From assembly GCA_963799845.1 (NCBI GenBank), contig CAWCYI010000004.1, positions 1,280,001 through 1,344,000 on the forward strand: DNA of 64,000 nt, written 5' to 3'. The translations under genes and the position numbers were made by a program. The notes below the pieces were generated by a model. It saw nothing but the letters and a program-made list of their open reading frames with translations. It was not told the origin of the DNA and did no database searches. Shown here piece after piece: positions 8,756 to 19,015 of this stretch. Each line of letters begins with the position of its first letter. Position 1 is the stretch's first letter. The stretch comes from an uncultured Nitrososphaerota archaeon (lineage in GTDB: Archaea > Thermoproteota > Nitrososphaeria > Nitrososphaerales > CADDZS01).

Positions 8756-9528
8756 ATGAGTGTTATCTTCTTTAGTCATGAAGAAATTGATCAACCCCTT
8801 TCGCAAAGGACGTGGATTGCCTGCACGATCTAGAGCTCCCGTCATGCTCCACAATAGGTCGACAGAGGCAATGGTTGGATTGACAAGTCTGATATTGATA
8901 TCCTCAATTGTTTGATGACTGTTCTTGAATACTGTTTCAAAGGACGGTGCGTGGAAGCTCTCTATACCCTGCCTTCCCTTTGCAGTCATGCCAACCACAT
9001 TCGAAAAGAAGGATTCCTCAGCGAACACTGAAGCGAAGGCATGAGCGTCGTGATGATTCCACGCATCTACGAAACGGTAGATCACTTTTCGAATGGAATC
9101 TTCTGCTTCGACAGAGTTTATCATGATTCAATTTCACCGAACAGCTCCAAGTTCTTCGGAACGAAAAATTGTACAATTACTCGAACGTGTGGACAAGGAT
9201 GAAATCGAGAATTTCCATTTCCTTCGGCTAGTGTACTCTTCAGATTCTCGCCACCAGCTGGAAGGAGGGAAGTAGTTGATCATCGTTTCGTGATCGCAGT
9301 AAGTTCTTGTTGAAGCTTAAGTATGTAAGGGAGCTCCCCATCCTTACACTTTGGTGAAGACCAGCTGCAATCAGAGTCACACTTCAATATGTCGTTCCCG
9401 AGATTCGTAAGGCCACTCTTTGCTCTTGACGAATCTGAAAGCTCACTTCAAGCATGCGAATCCTGCGGCTATCGTGCCGAAAGGTTTCAAAGCAATGTGA
9501 TTGCTGACAATCGTGGGGATACGAGATT

Positions 9529-9807
9529 TTGGTAATGTCAGTTTATCTCTGTGTAATCAAGAACGAAATGGTAGTCTACAAATCATATTTGGGACAATCA
9601 GGAACGTCTGATTCAATCCGTAGCCTTCTTCGGACTGGAGAACTTTTACCGATTGATTCGTGGTCTGAAATAGGTCTCACATATGAAAAATACAGCACGG
9701 AGGATCTTGTGCGGAATTGGAATAAGATAATCAAGGATGCAGATGGTTTGCAAGACTTGGGCAAAGTTCCTACAGAAGGATCGTGGGGAATTCTCTATGA
9801 GTACTAA
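9529..9807 (+). CDS. Hypothetical protein
   Basis: 92-aa ORF filling a gap, protein-like composition, no motif recognised. Confidence 0.45.
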   Translation: MVMSVYLCVIKNEMVVYKSYLGQSGTSDSIRSLLRTGELLPIDSWSEIGLTYEKYSTEDLVRNWNKIIKDADGLQDLGKVPTEGSWGILYEY

Positions 9808-10013
9808 AGAAAGATGAGAGAGGTGAAAGTCGGAAAGTACCCTGTATCGAGCTAGTTCCAAATTTTCAGCTGGGTAAATTAGAATTCGTAGAATATTTAG
9901 GACAAATGAAATTCTTCCATATATAGGAGGCTTGTCAGATCATACGGCCGGTCGATTCCCTAGCCTATGCAAATCTCCCGCGGACTTACGTCGGGCCCCC
10001 TGATTGCGAAGCT

Positions 10014-10181
10014 TTAATCTGCAGCGCAGGTGAATTCCCTGGCTTCCTCAGGAGTTAGAGCAGTCTCCTGGGAATAAAGACACCAAGGACACGGAGAGGT
10101 AGGATCCGGAGAAGTCAGCCCGCACTTTGGACAGTAGATCACGTAGATCTGGGGACGCGGCTGTTCAATAACTAGAGTCAT
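10014..10181 (-). CDS. 55-aa zinc-finger microprotein (CPKCG...CPWC), below the ORF-track cutoff
   Basis: Manual translation MTLVIEQPRPQIYVIYCPKCGLTSPDPTSPCPWCLYSQETALTPEEAREFTCAAD; operator-like repeats upstream. Confidence 0.65.
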   Translation of the reverse strand: MTLVIEQPRPQIYVIYCPKCGLTSPDPTSPCPWCLYSQETALTPEEAREFTCAAD

Positions 10182-10200
10182 AAGAAAAATAGATCACCAA

Positions 10201-10246
10201 GTAATATTAAAGGATGGTAATATCTTCGACGTAGTCTAATATTCGA
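10201..10246 (-). promoter_or_regulatory. Operator-like repeats upstream of the zinc-finger microprotein
   Basis: Minus-strand TATTAGACTACGTC (10228-10241) matches TATTAGACCACGTC at 11367-11380 in 13/14 positions; degenerate GTAATAT copies at 10217 and 10201. Confidence 0.6.
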
Positions 10247-10263
10247 GATGTACGCACTAACGG

Positions 10264-11307
10264 CTAATGAGTATAGGAAGATTCTGGTGGCGTCTTCAAT
10301 GGAAACTCGATCCCGTACCTCTCCTCTATTTTCTTTAACATGCTGAGTACTCTACCCTCCTTAGTGATTCCCTCGACCTGATGAATCAGTCTCAGAGATT
10401 CAAGAGCCCGTCTGCAAATTCTCGAGTTGTAGGGCATGGACTTTATCGATAGATACAGGGAATTCCTTTCTTCACTGGAGACTTTCTTTCCATAATATCT
10501 TTCAATCGCATCATCGAGTTGCCTGAAAGTATCAAGGAGGCACCTCTCTTCGCTCGTGTACCCGTAAAAGCAGTTCCTGCAGTTTGCCGAGAGAAGCTCC
10601 CTCATCGGTCCCTTTTCGTTGACACGAACGTGCCTCATCGGATAGATGTATCCTTGATCTTTGAGTCGCTCCACAATCTTGTACGCAGCACCGATCGTCA
10701 ATCCCAGACTGGACAGGTTCTCGTAAATATCCGCAATCGAACTGCCAGTTCCTGAACATAGGCTGTTCATGATCACTTCCTCGGGCCAGGAAGGGAGCTC
10801 AGAAAGAAATTTCTCGAGTATAAGTTCAACCTTCTTCCTGTCCACTTCGTACTCTGAAAAGCCGTTGATCCTGGATTCGAAAACCGTCGCATCCAGAAGC
10901 TCTTCGAAGACCTTTGCGCAATGCTTTGAATCAAGACCGGTTATTTCAGAGACAGATTCTAGAGAAACTCCACGGTTCCAACCCTTGGTCTGTAAAATGT
11001 AGACAACGGCCCAGAGGACCGCAAGATCCTTGTCCTTCCAGCTTCTCCTTAAAAACCACTCAAATTGCCTGAATGCTCTAATCGAGTCGCTCTTGGTGAC
11101 AACATAATAAGTGTGGCCCTGCTTCCTCTTTTTCAAACCTAGCGAAGAACATAGCTCATCAAGAACGAGTTCTACTTGCGTTTTCATCGGGAAGATCAAG
11201 ACCTTCCCGCCAACGTTTTCGAGTACATAGGGTGGTAATCGGCCGTATAACTCCTCGCTCCAATCCAATGGTGCAAATGAGCCCAGCAGGCTCAAGGCCG
11301 CTGGCAA
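10264..11307 (-). CDS. Putative multi-wHTH transcriptional regulator with Cys cluster
   Basis: HTH-like segments VSLESVSEITGLDSKHCAKVFEEL and SIADIYENL...AYKIVERLKDQGYI; CRNCFYGYTSEERC; divergent from the oxidoreductase operon. Confidence 0.6.
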   Translation of the reverse strand: MPAALSLLGSFAPLDWSEELYGRLPPYVLENVGGKVLIFPMKTQVELVLDELCSSLGLKKRKQGHTYYVVTKSDSIRAFRQFEWFLRRSWKDKDLAVLWAVVYILQTKGWNRGVSLESVSEITGLDSKHCAKVFEELLDATVFESRINGFSEYEVDRKKVELILEKFLSELPSWPEEVIMNSLCSGTGSSIADIYENLSSLGLTIGAAYKIVERLKDQGYIYPMRHVRVNEKGPMRELLSANCRNCFYGYTSEERCLLDTFRQLDDAIERYYGKKVSSEERNSLYLSIKSMPYNSRICRRALESLRLIHQVEGITKEGRVLSMLKKIEERYGIEFPLKTPPESSYTH

Positions 11308-11360
11308 TTCAAAGATGTCCTGTTGTATGGATTAAGAAGGAAGCAGAACTTTAATGTTTC

Positions 11361-11412
11361 GTCGTATATTAGACCACGTCTAATATACGACCACGCGCTA
11401 TTCTAGACTAAT
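11361..11412. promoter_or_regulatory. Perfect 14-bp inverted repeat plus 17-nt-period direct repeats (operator)
   Basis: GTCGTATATTAGAC-cac-GTCTAATATACGAC (11361-11391); GACCACG repeated at 17-nt spacing. Confidence 0.75.
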
Positions 11413-11450
11413 AAACGGTCATAAGATAAAATTAGCCACAAACGCCTAGT

Positions 11451-11792
11451 TTGAAAGGAATCGCTCAGCTTCACCCGACCGAAGCGACCGCAATAAGAGC
11501 GGGGAGTGTAGTTCCAAGAGCTCAAGAGCAGTTTCTACGCATCCCGATCAACGGCGACAAATTTCAAAAGCCGCTAGGAAGGGTCTACATTATTCCAGAT
11601 AGATGCAAGGAATGCAACTACTGCTGGACCTTCTGCCCGAATGAAGTCCTAGAATTATCAGATGAGATAAACGCTAACGGGTACAGGCATCCAAGGGTCA
11701 AACAAGGCAAGGAGAACGATTGCGTTAACTGTGGCATGTGCACCTGGGTCTGCCCGGAGTTTGCGATATTCGTAGTTGAGGTGAAACCATGA
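11451..11792 (+). CDS. korD: 2-oxoacid:ferredoxin oxidoreductase delta subunit (2x[4Fe-4S] ferredoxin)
   Basis: [12 protein letters not shown] and [16 protein letters not shown]; first gene of the operon. Confidence 0.85.
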   Translation: MKGIAQLHPTEATAIRAGSVVPRAQEQFLRIPINGDKFQKPLGRVYIIPDRCKECNYCWTFCPNEVLELSDEINANGYRHPRVKQGKENDCVNCGMCTWVCPEFAIFVVEVKP

Positions 11793-12949
11793 GCCAGTAT
11801 GCTGAAAATGGTACTCTCATACCCGGGGACTATTTTTTGATGGGTAACTTTGCGTGCGTCGAAGGCGCGATAATGGCGGGTTGTAGATTTTATGCTGGTT
11901 ATCCGATCACTCCCTCCTCGGAAATCTTTGAGAGAGCAAGTACTAGATTCCCACAGGTCGGTGGTTACGCGGTTGAGATGGAGGATGAGATTGGAAGTGT
12001 GGCCGCTTTGATTGGGGCATCGTATGCCGGTGCGAAAGTGATGACCGCCACATCAGGTCCTGGCTTTAGCCTAATGATGGAGAATATCGGCCTTGCTTAC
12101 ATGATGGAAGCTCCGCTGGTCATTGTAAACGTCCAGAGAGCCGGCCCGAGCACAGGCATCGCAACCCTGGTCGGTCAGGGAGACATGATGCAGTCAAAGT
12201 GGGGTACTCATGGCGATGTCGAGACCATTGTGTATTGCCCTAACAGTGTTCAGGAGTTCTTTGACCTGACAATCCAGGCATTCAATTCCGCGGAAAAGTT
12301 CCGTACACCAGTCTTCATAATGGCAGATCAGGTGATTGCGATGATGTGGGAACGCCTTCGGATCCCGGGACGAGAGGATATCGAAGTTAAGCAACGAGTA
12401 GTCCTTGACCCGAAGGTGTTGGCTGGTCAACTGCCGTTTGACTATTCAAAGGACTTTCTTCCCATGCCAATCGCAGGGACGGGCTGTAAGGTAAACATTG
12501 ACAGTTTGACACACGATTCTAGAGGCTATCCGAGCATTGATCACTCTGTCTCTGAGATCTTGACAAGACACCTCGTAGGAAAAATCGCTGACCACGCCCG
12601 CGAGATATGGAAGTGGGAGGAGTTCCTCCTGGAAGATGCAGAGGTTGCGGTTGTTTCCTACGGATGTTCGTCTCGCTCGGCCCTCAGAGCTGTGAAGATT
12701 GCCAGATCAAGAGGAATCAAAGCGGGTCTCCTCAGACTAATTACTCCCTGGCCATTTCCGGACGAGATAATCGAGAGAGTAAGCAGCAGGGTCAACACGC
12801 TTGTTGTCGCGGAGATCAACTACGGTCAGCTTGTCCATCCAATTCGAGAGCACTCAAGATGTCCAGTTGTCGGGGCAAACTGGGCGCCAGGAACACTGAT
12901 CGAGCCTAGTGCAATACTCGATGCTTTGCAGGTGGTGGTTCCGAGTTGA
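11789..12949 (+). CDS. korA: 2-oxoacid:ferredoxin oxidoreductase alpha subunit
   Basis: [41 protein letters not shown]. Confidence 0.93.
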   Translation: MSQYAENGTLIPGDYFLMGNFACVEGAIMAGCRFYAGYPITPSSEIFERASTRFPQVGGYAVEMEDEIGSVAALIGASYAGAKVMTATSGPGFSLMMENIGLAYMMEAPLVIVNVQRAGPSTGIATLVGQGDMMQSKWGTHGDVETIVYCPNSVQEFFDLTIQAFNSAEKFRTPVFIMADQVIAMMWERLRIPGREDIEVKQRVVLDPKVLAGQLPFDYSKDFLPMPIAGTGCKVNIDSLTHDSRGYPSIDHSVSEILTRHLVGKIADHAREIWKWEEFLLEDAEVAVVSYGCSSRSALRAVKIARSRGIKAGLLRLITPWPFPDEIIERVSSRVNTLVVAEINYGQLVHPIREHSRCPVVGANWAPGTLIEPSAILDALQVVVPS

Positions 12950-13839
12950 CCCAGTCCCTGTTGCCGGTTGGCGGGCCGGAGATCAAGACAGAATCTCACC
13001 AATGGGATCAGCTGATTCGCTCTGAGAGATTCCCGAACATCTGGTGTCCTGGCTGCGGAATAGGAATCGTTCTCTCCTCCTACATCAACGCTGTCCACAA
13101 GTCATTGATTCCCCCGGAAAAGCACGTCTGCATTTGTGGCATTGGATGCACGGGAAGAGTTGCCGGCTATCTCAATCTTGATTCATACCACACGACCCAT
13201 GGAAGAGGAATCGCCTTTGCAACCGGTATGTCGGTGATCCGGCCTGACCTTGAGATCACCGTAGTCGCCGGTGACGGCGACATCAGCACTATTGGTGGAA
13301 ACCACCTGATTCATGCAGCACGGAGGAACGCCGACCTCAATGTAATCATGGTGAACAACCTAAACTACGGAATGACTGGCGGACAACACGGAGCGACAAC
13401 TCCGCTAGGAGCAAGGACTCACACGTCTCCCTATGGAAACGTCGAATCTCCATTCAATGTCCCCTACCTTGTCTCAGCTGCTGGAGCTTCCTTTGTCGCC
13501 CGCTGGACAACTATCCATGTGAGGCAGCTGTTTAGGGCAATCAGGCGTATGATGGAGATAGAGGGCTTTGCATTCCTCGAAGTTATCTCTCCATGTCCCC
13601 CAACTTTTGGAGAGTTCAACAACTATCCTGAAGCTTTGGACATGATGAAGTACTTCAGGGACAAATCGGTCGTGGACGACGACGCTGATCTCAGGGATAT
13701 TACAATAACTGCACATCCCGAAGATCCGATAGTTGTGGGGAACTTTGTTGACAGGCGCAGGCCTTCTTACCAAGAATTACTGGGCGGTCTACTAGAGAAA
13801 TCTTCGGAGAAAAGTGTACGGGGAGGCGCTAGCAAGTGA
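12946..13839 (+). CDS. korB: 2-oxoacid:ferredoxin oxidoreductase beta subunit (TPP-binding)
   Basis: WCPGCG, GIGC, HTTHGR, GDGD..IGGNHLIHAARRN, YGMTGGQ, SPCP. Confidence 0.93.
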   Translation: MTQSLLPVGGPEIKTESHQWDQLIRSERFPNIWCPGCGIGIVLSSYINAVHKSLIPPEKHVCICGIGCTGRVAGYLNLDSYHTTHGRGIAFATGMSVIRPDLEITVVAGDGDISTIGGNHLIHAARRNADLNVIMVNNLNYGMTGGQHGATTPLGARTHTSPYGNVESPFNVPYLVSAAGASFVARWTTIHVRQLFRAIRRMMEIEGFAFLEVISPCPPTFGEFNNYPEALDMMKYFRDKSVVDDDADLRDITITAHPEDPIVVGNFVDRRRPSYQELLGGLLEKSSEKSVRGGASK

Positions 13840-14399
13840 GGCGGGAAATCAGGATAACTGGACTCGGTGGTCAGGGCGCCATAACCGCCGGACACATCTT
13901 GGGCAGGGCGGCCTCGATTTATGATCGAAAGGAGGCAGTGATGACCGAAGGATACAGCCCTTACATCACAGGAGGGTGGTCGAGAGCAGATCTCATCATC
14001 TCGGATGATCCGGTAGATTTCCCTCTCGTATCGAGCTTGGATGTCCTAGTTGCAATGTATCAGGAGGGACTGGAAACAAACCTGAAAATGGTGAAGCCAA
14101 ACGGGATTGCCATCTCGGAAAGCAGACTCGCAAGAACCTTCGCGGCAAATCAAACTGAGAGACGGAGAGTCCTTTCGGTTCCTGCAGTCGCAGAAGCTGA
14201 GAGGCTCGGGAAGAAGATGCTGACAAACGTTTTGATGTTGGGATCTCTCGAAGCAATCGCTCCCGTCGTAAATCTTGACTCGCTGAAAAAAGCGTTGGTT
14301 GACAGGTTTCCCAAAGCGGCCGAACTCAACCTCAAGGCAATCGACGCCGGATATGAACTTGGACTCAAGGCAACCACGGAGTTGAAGATCGTTGGTTGA
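13836..14399 (+). CDS. korC: 2-oxoacid:ferredoxin oxidoreductase gamma subunit
   Basis: EIRITGLGGQGAITAG, NVLMLG, NLKAIDAGY. Confidence 0.9.
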   Translation: MRREIRITGLGGQGAITAGHILGRAASIYDRKEAVMTEGYSPYITGGWSRADLIISDDPVDFPLVSSLDVLVAMYQEGLETNLKMVKPNGIAISESRLARTFAANQTERRRVLSVPAVAEAERLGKKMLTNVLMLGSLEAIAPVVNLDSLKKALVDRFPKAAELNLKAIDAGYELGLKATTELKIVG

Positions 14400-17300
14400 A
14401 GAAGACTCGAACACAATACTCGTGATCGGCGGTGGGATAGCAGGGATACAGGCTGCCCTGGATGCAGCACACGCCGGTGCTAGAGTCTCCCTAGTTGAAA
14501 AGGAAGCAACGATTGGGGGAAAAATGTCGGTTCTTGACAAAAACTTTCCCACGCTTGACTGCTCGATCTGTATAGAGTCTCCGAAGATGAGTGATGTCGG
14601 ACTGCATCCAAACATAGAACTACTCACCCTTTCCGAACTTCAGAGTCTTGAGGGCGAGCTCGGAAACTTTAGGGCAACGATAATGCAGAACCCAAGATAT
14701 GTCACTGACGCCTGTACAAGGTGTGGAGAGTGCGTACCAGTCTGCCCAATTGTTTTGAAGAGCGAGTTCGACGTCGGAATGTCCGCAAGAAAGGCAATCC
14801 ACACGCCGATAGAGCAGTCAGTGCCGGGAGCTTACGTTATCGATTCCAAGAATTGCCTCAACAAGCCGCCCAATTTCCTACCCTGCAGTAGGTGCATGGA
14901 CGCCTGTGGGCCAGATGCGATCGACTTCAACATGAGGCCGAAGATCCTCCAAAGGAAGGTTGCCTCTGTGGTTGTCGCAACAGGCTTTGACATGCTTGAT
15001 CCCCTGATGCTTCCGCAGTTTGGATATGGAAAGCACCCGGACATTCTTACCTCGATGGAACTCGAACGTTTGCTCCAGGCGTCTGGTCCGAGCCTGGGCG
15101 AGGTCGTGAAACCTTCCGACGGAAGACATCCGAAGAACGTTCTGTTCGTCCTCTGCGTCGGCTCAAGGGACCAGAGATTCTGCAACTATTGTAGTAGAAT
15201 CTGCTGCATGTACAGCATCAAGGAAGCATACCAGCTGAAGGATCACGGAATCGAATCTGTTGACGTTGCGTACATGGATATCCGAGCGTACGGAAAGGGA
15301 TTCGACGAGTTCTACGACCGAACAAGAAACTCCGGAGTAAGGTTCGTTAGGTCAAAGCCCGCAAAAGTCGTTTCAAATGGCAAGAATCTGAGCGTTTTCT
15401 TCGAAGACACGGAATCAGGTACATCTGGGAAGATCAAGGAGGACTATGACATGGTTGTCCTTGCCACTGCAATCATTCCCCCAAAGAGCACAGAACAGCT
15501 GAAGCAAGGTTCTTGGAGCCGAACTTGCCTATGATGGCTTTTTTGAGACTCGCGATGAGTCTGGAGATTTCGTAACAAGCACTAGAAACGGTGTCTACCT
15601 CGCTGGTTGCGCCACGGGACCTAAAGACATACCCGACAGTGTTCTCGAAGCAGGTGCAGCAGTCTCAAAAGCCCTAACTCATGTAAAGCATAGATCATGG
15701 CCTGAAGCCGCGCCAGTAGTTCAACTCGAGTCCGAAGGTGAACCGAGGATCGGAGTCTTTGCTTGTCACTGCGGTTCAAACATCGCAGGCACCGTGAACA
15801 TCCCAGAGCTTGTCTCTTTCGCAAAGACGCTTCCAAACGTAGTACATGCCCAGGACCAAAAGTACTCCTGCGCAGCGAATACGCTCAACGACATTAGTGG
15901 TGTCCTCAAGGAGAAGAAGATTAACAGAGTGGTAGTCGCAGCATGCTCGCCAAAGACTCACTATTCCACATTTCAAGGCTCGCTAAACAGAGCGGGACTA
16001 AACCCCTACCTCTTGGACATGGCGAACGTCCGCAACATGGATTCCTGGGTACACAAGGAGGACAAGGAGGGAGCGCTCAGGAAGGCAAAGGACATGGTGA
16101 AGATGTCAGTGCTCAAAGCCCTAAACATGAAGCCACTTGAACCGATGAAGTTTCCGGTTACCCAGAAGGCGCTTGTCATCGGCGGCGGAGTGGCCGGAAT
16201 CGTTGCTGCGACAAACCTAGCTTCCCAGGGATTTGAGACGCATCTCGTAGAAAGAGCCGAAAAGTTAGGCGGAGTCCTCAACGAATTGAAGGAAATCGCC
16301 CCGCTCGGGATCAAATCTAAGGATCTTCTTGACATTCTTCTAAAGGAATTGAAAGAAAGCGGAGCGATATTACACCTAAACAAGAAGATCGAAAGTATCG
16401 GAGGTTTTGTTGGAAACTACGACATACAGCTATCGGATGGAACCTTGCTGAAAGCCGGAGCTGTTGTGCTTGCCACGGGGGCTCAGCCCTACTCCCCAAA
16501 CGAACTTGATTACCACAAGAATCCCAACGTCCTTACTAGTCTCGAACTTGAAGGAATCGCGGATAACATCGATTCAAAGAACGTTGCAATAATCTCCTGC
16601 ATCGGTTCGAGGAATGAAAAACTAGGTTGCTCAAGGTTCTGCTGCCAGACCATGATAGGTCAGGCAACCAAGCTCAAGGAAAGAGGAAACAACGTAACGG
16701 TGCTCTACAAAGACCTGAGGTCTTTTGCGAGATTCGGCGAAGAAGAATACGAAAAGGCGTGCAGGACTGGCGTCAACTTCGTTCAATATCCGCAGAGCTC
16801 CCTCCCGGAGCAGTCTATCAAGCTTGATTCAAATCACTTGATCGTGAAGGACGAACTCCTCGGCGAAGAGCTTGAGATTCCCGCGGACCTCGTGGTCCTC
16901 AATGTAGGGCTCTCTCCAATCAAGGAGGAGGGCGGAGTGATCCAGCAACTCAAGGTCTCAACCGATCAAGCCGGCTTTACTTTGGAAAGCCACCCCAAGC
17001 TCGGACCGGCAGAGTCGATGGTCCAGGGCGTTTTCCTCGCGGGAACAACTCAATATCCAAAGAGCGTGAAGGAATCAGCAATCCAAGCACTTGCAGCAGC
17101 GGCAAAGGCCTCGTCAATAATCTCAAGGGATGAGATTGAACGCGAACCTTTTGTCGCCGTTGTAGACCCTCTGAAGTGCACAAAGTGCGTTAGGTGCATT
17201 CCCGTCTGCCCATACAACGCGATCAGAGGAGAGCTCGGCAAGAGGATCGAATTCATCACTGCGATGTGCCAAGGTTGTGGAACCTGCGTCGCAGAGTGCA

Positions 17301-17842
17301 TGGTCGAGAGTGCCCTAACCCAGGAGGGTTTTACAGATCGACAGATCATGGCCCAGATTGACGCGGCGCTCTCGGAAGAAGCTTCAAAGAAGGTTCTCAT
17401 CTTCGCTTGTAACTGGTGCTCATACGCAGGAGCCGACCTGGCAGGAGTGATGAAGATCCAGTACCCATCGAACACCAGAATCATTCGAACGATGTGCTCC
17501 GGCAGGGTATCACAGAAGCTCATGCTCTACGGATTTGCAAAGGGAGCCGGTGCAGTACTCGTAACGGGATGCCATCCGGGCGACTGCCACTACATCAGCG
17601 CAAACCAGCAGACGCTCAAGAGAGTCGAAAGGTGGAAGCATCTCCTGAAGACGAGAGGGGTTAATCCCGACAGGCTCCAGCTATGGTGGGTGAGCGCCGC
17701 CGAGGGTAAGAGGTTTGCCGAGAAGGCGAGGGAGATGGATGAACTGCTGAAGCACCTCCCGAGTGAGGAACTGGAATCAACCACCCTCAAGATCAAGGTT
17801 GCTTCGAGAAGTCCTCCGACAGGAGTAGGCGCAAGGAGTTAG
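14392..17842 (+). CDS. hdrA: Tandem HdrA-HdrA-MvhD fusion flavoprotein (about 1150 aa), with one apparent extra base near 15502
   Basis: Two FAD-binding GGGIAG/GGGVAG motifs, FPTLDCSIC, CVGSRD..CSRICC, CHCGSNI, VAACSP, C-terminal MvhD CNWCSY..MCSGRV..GCHPGDCHY; sequence 15503-15793 is open in the frame of the 15794 ORF (GVYLAGCATGPKDI). Confidence 0.88.
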
Positions 17843-17852
17843 TGACGAGCTA

Positions 17853-19010
17853 ATGGCTATGAAAACCGTTCTAAAACAGGAACCAGACTTCTCCAAGAGA
17901 GTGGGAGAAATGTCTGGAGAGATGCTTTCGCTCTGCTACCAGTGCGGAACCTGCACGGCGTCCTGCCCGATGGGAGTACCGGTGAGGCGCCTGATTCGCT
18001 CTTCGCAGTTAGGGTTGAAGGATTTTACCCTAGCGAATTGCGATCTTTGGAACTGCGCGACATGCAAACTATGCGAAACTACATGTCCCAGAGGCGTTCA
18101 GATCACTGACATACTTCATGCGCTCCGAGTCATTGGATATGAAGAAAAGAAAAGCCCGAAGAAACTTGACGGGCCGCTCTGGGGAGTTTACGAAGATGCA
18201 AACCCTTGGGGCGGGAAGAAGGGCGACAGAGCGAAATGGGCAGATAATTTAGGCATAAAGAACGCAGAGAAGAGTAAGGCAAAGTACCTACTTTACGTCG
18301 GTTGCGCAGCATCTTTTGATCCCCGTCTCCAGAAAATTACGCAATCCCTAGCAAAGGTTTTGAGCGAAGCTGGAGTCGATTTCGGAATTTTGGGAGAGAA
18401 GGAAAACTGCTGCGGTGACGTGATTTACCACATAGGCGAGGAAGGCTTTCTTGAAGAACTGGTTCAGAACAACCTCAAGGAGTTTGAGAAAACAGGAGCG
18501 GAGGCAGTCATCTCAATTTCTCCCCACTGCTTCAACATGTTCAAGTCTGTTTATCCGAAGTACGGAAAGATGATTTCTGCCTATCACTACACTGAACTCC
18601 TCTCGGAGTTCATGGACAAGGACCTCCTTCCGATGGTCCCCTCAGATAGGAAGCTCAACATCACCTACCACGATCCGTGCTACCTCGGAAGATATCAGGG
18701 GATCTACGAGGGGCCAAGGAAGATCCTCGAAGGATTGCCGGGTGCTTCCATGACGGAGATGGCGGATAACAAAAGCAACGCCCTGTGCTGCGGGGGGGGC
18801 GGCGGGCAGATGTGGATGGAATCAATCGGTGAGCGGCCTAGCCACCAAAGAGTACTGCAGGCGGTTGATTCAGGGGCATCAATCTTGGCGACATCGTGTC
18901 CTTACTGCGTGCAGAATTTTGAGGATGCGGCGAAGACAAAGGGAGTCCAGAACTTGCAGGTGATGGACGTGGCCGAGATTGTTGCAAAGTCGATGAAGGT
19001 TAAGGGATAA
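17853..19010 (+). CDS. HdrD/GlpC-like Fe-S oxidoreductase (2x[4Fe-4S] plus two CCG domains)
   Basis: CYQCGTCTASCP, CATCKLCETTCP, ENCCG, YHDPCYLGR, CCGGGGG, TSCPYC. Confidence 0.88.
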   Translation: MAMKTVLKQEPDFSKRVGEMSGEMLSLCYQCGTCTASCPMGVPVRRLIRSSQLGLKDFTLANCDLWNCATCKLCETTCPRGVQITDILHALRVIGYEEKKSPKKLDGPLWGVYEDANPWGGKKGDRAKWADNLGIKNAEKSKAKYLLYVGCAASFDPRLQKITQSLAKVLSEAGVDFGILGEKENCCGDVIYHIGEEGFLEELVQNNLKEFEKTGAEAVISISPHCFNMFKSVYPKYGKMISAYHYTELLSEFMDKDLLPMVPSDRKLNITYHDPCYLGRYQGIYEGPRKILEGLPGASMTEMADNKSNALCCGGGGGQMWMESIGERPSHQRVLQAVDSGASILATSCPYCVQNFEDAAKTKGVQNLQVMDVAEIVAKSMKVKG

Positions 19011-19015
19011 AGAAA

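Larger units (their letters stand above)
7269..8762 (+). mobile_element. IS110-family insertion sequence (IS1111-like layout), about 1.49 kb, TG core
   Basis: Contains a DEDD transposase; TG present at both junctions (7267-7268, 8761-8762); excision restores the host ORF; subterminal inverted repeats. Confidence 0.9.
7208..9124 (-). pseudogene. SgcJ/EcaC (SnoaL/NTF2-like) protein interrupted by IS110 (5' part 8761-9124, 3' part 7208-7268)
   Basis: FVDAWNHHDAHAFASVF...GRQGIESFH; joining at the TG core gives ...MTKEDN-KWLIKMMHNFEFPSVPSKE-stop, the expected family C-terminus. Confidence 0.88.

Noticed and set aside
9300-9520. Possible zinc-ribbon gene remnant (ACESCGY in one + frame)
   Set aside because: No start or second Cys pair found; too weak to call
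11361-11412. CRISPR-like or transposon-end repeat
   Set aside because: Only 2-3 short units without spacers, located in a divergent promoter; an operator explains it better
14392-19010. Methanogenesis or sulfate reduction inferred from hdr-like genes
   Set aside because: No mcr, mtr, dsr, apr or sat genes in the window; HdrA modules are widespread in non-methanogens
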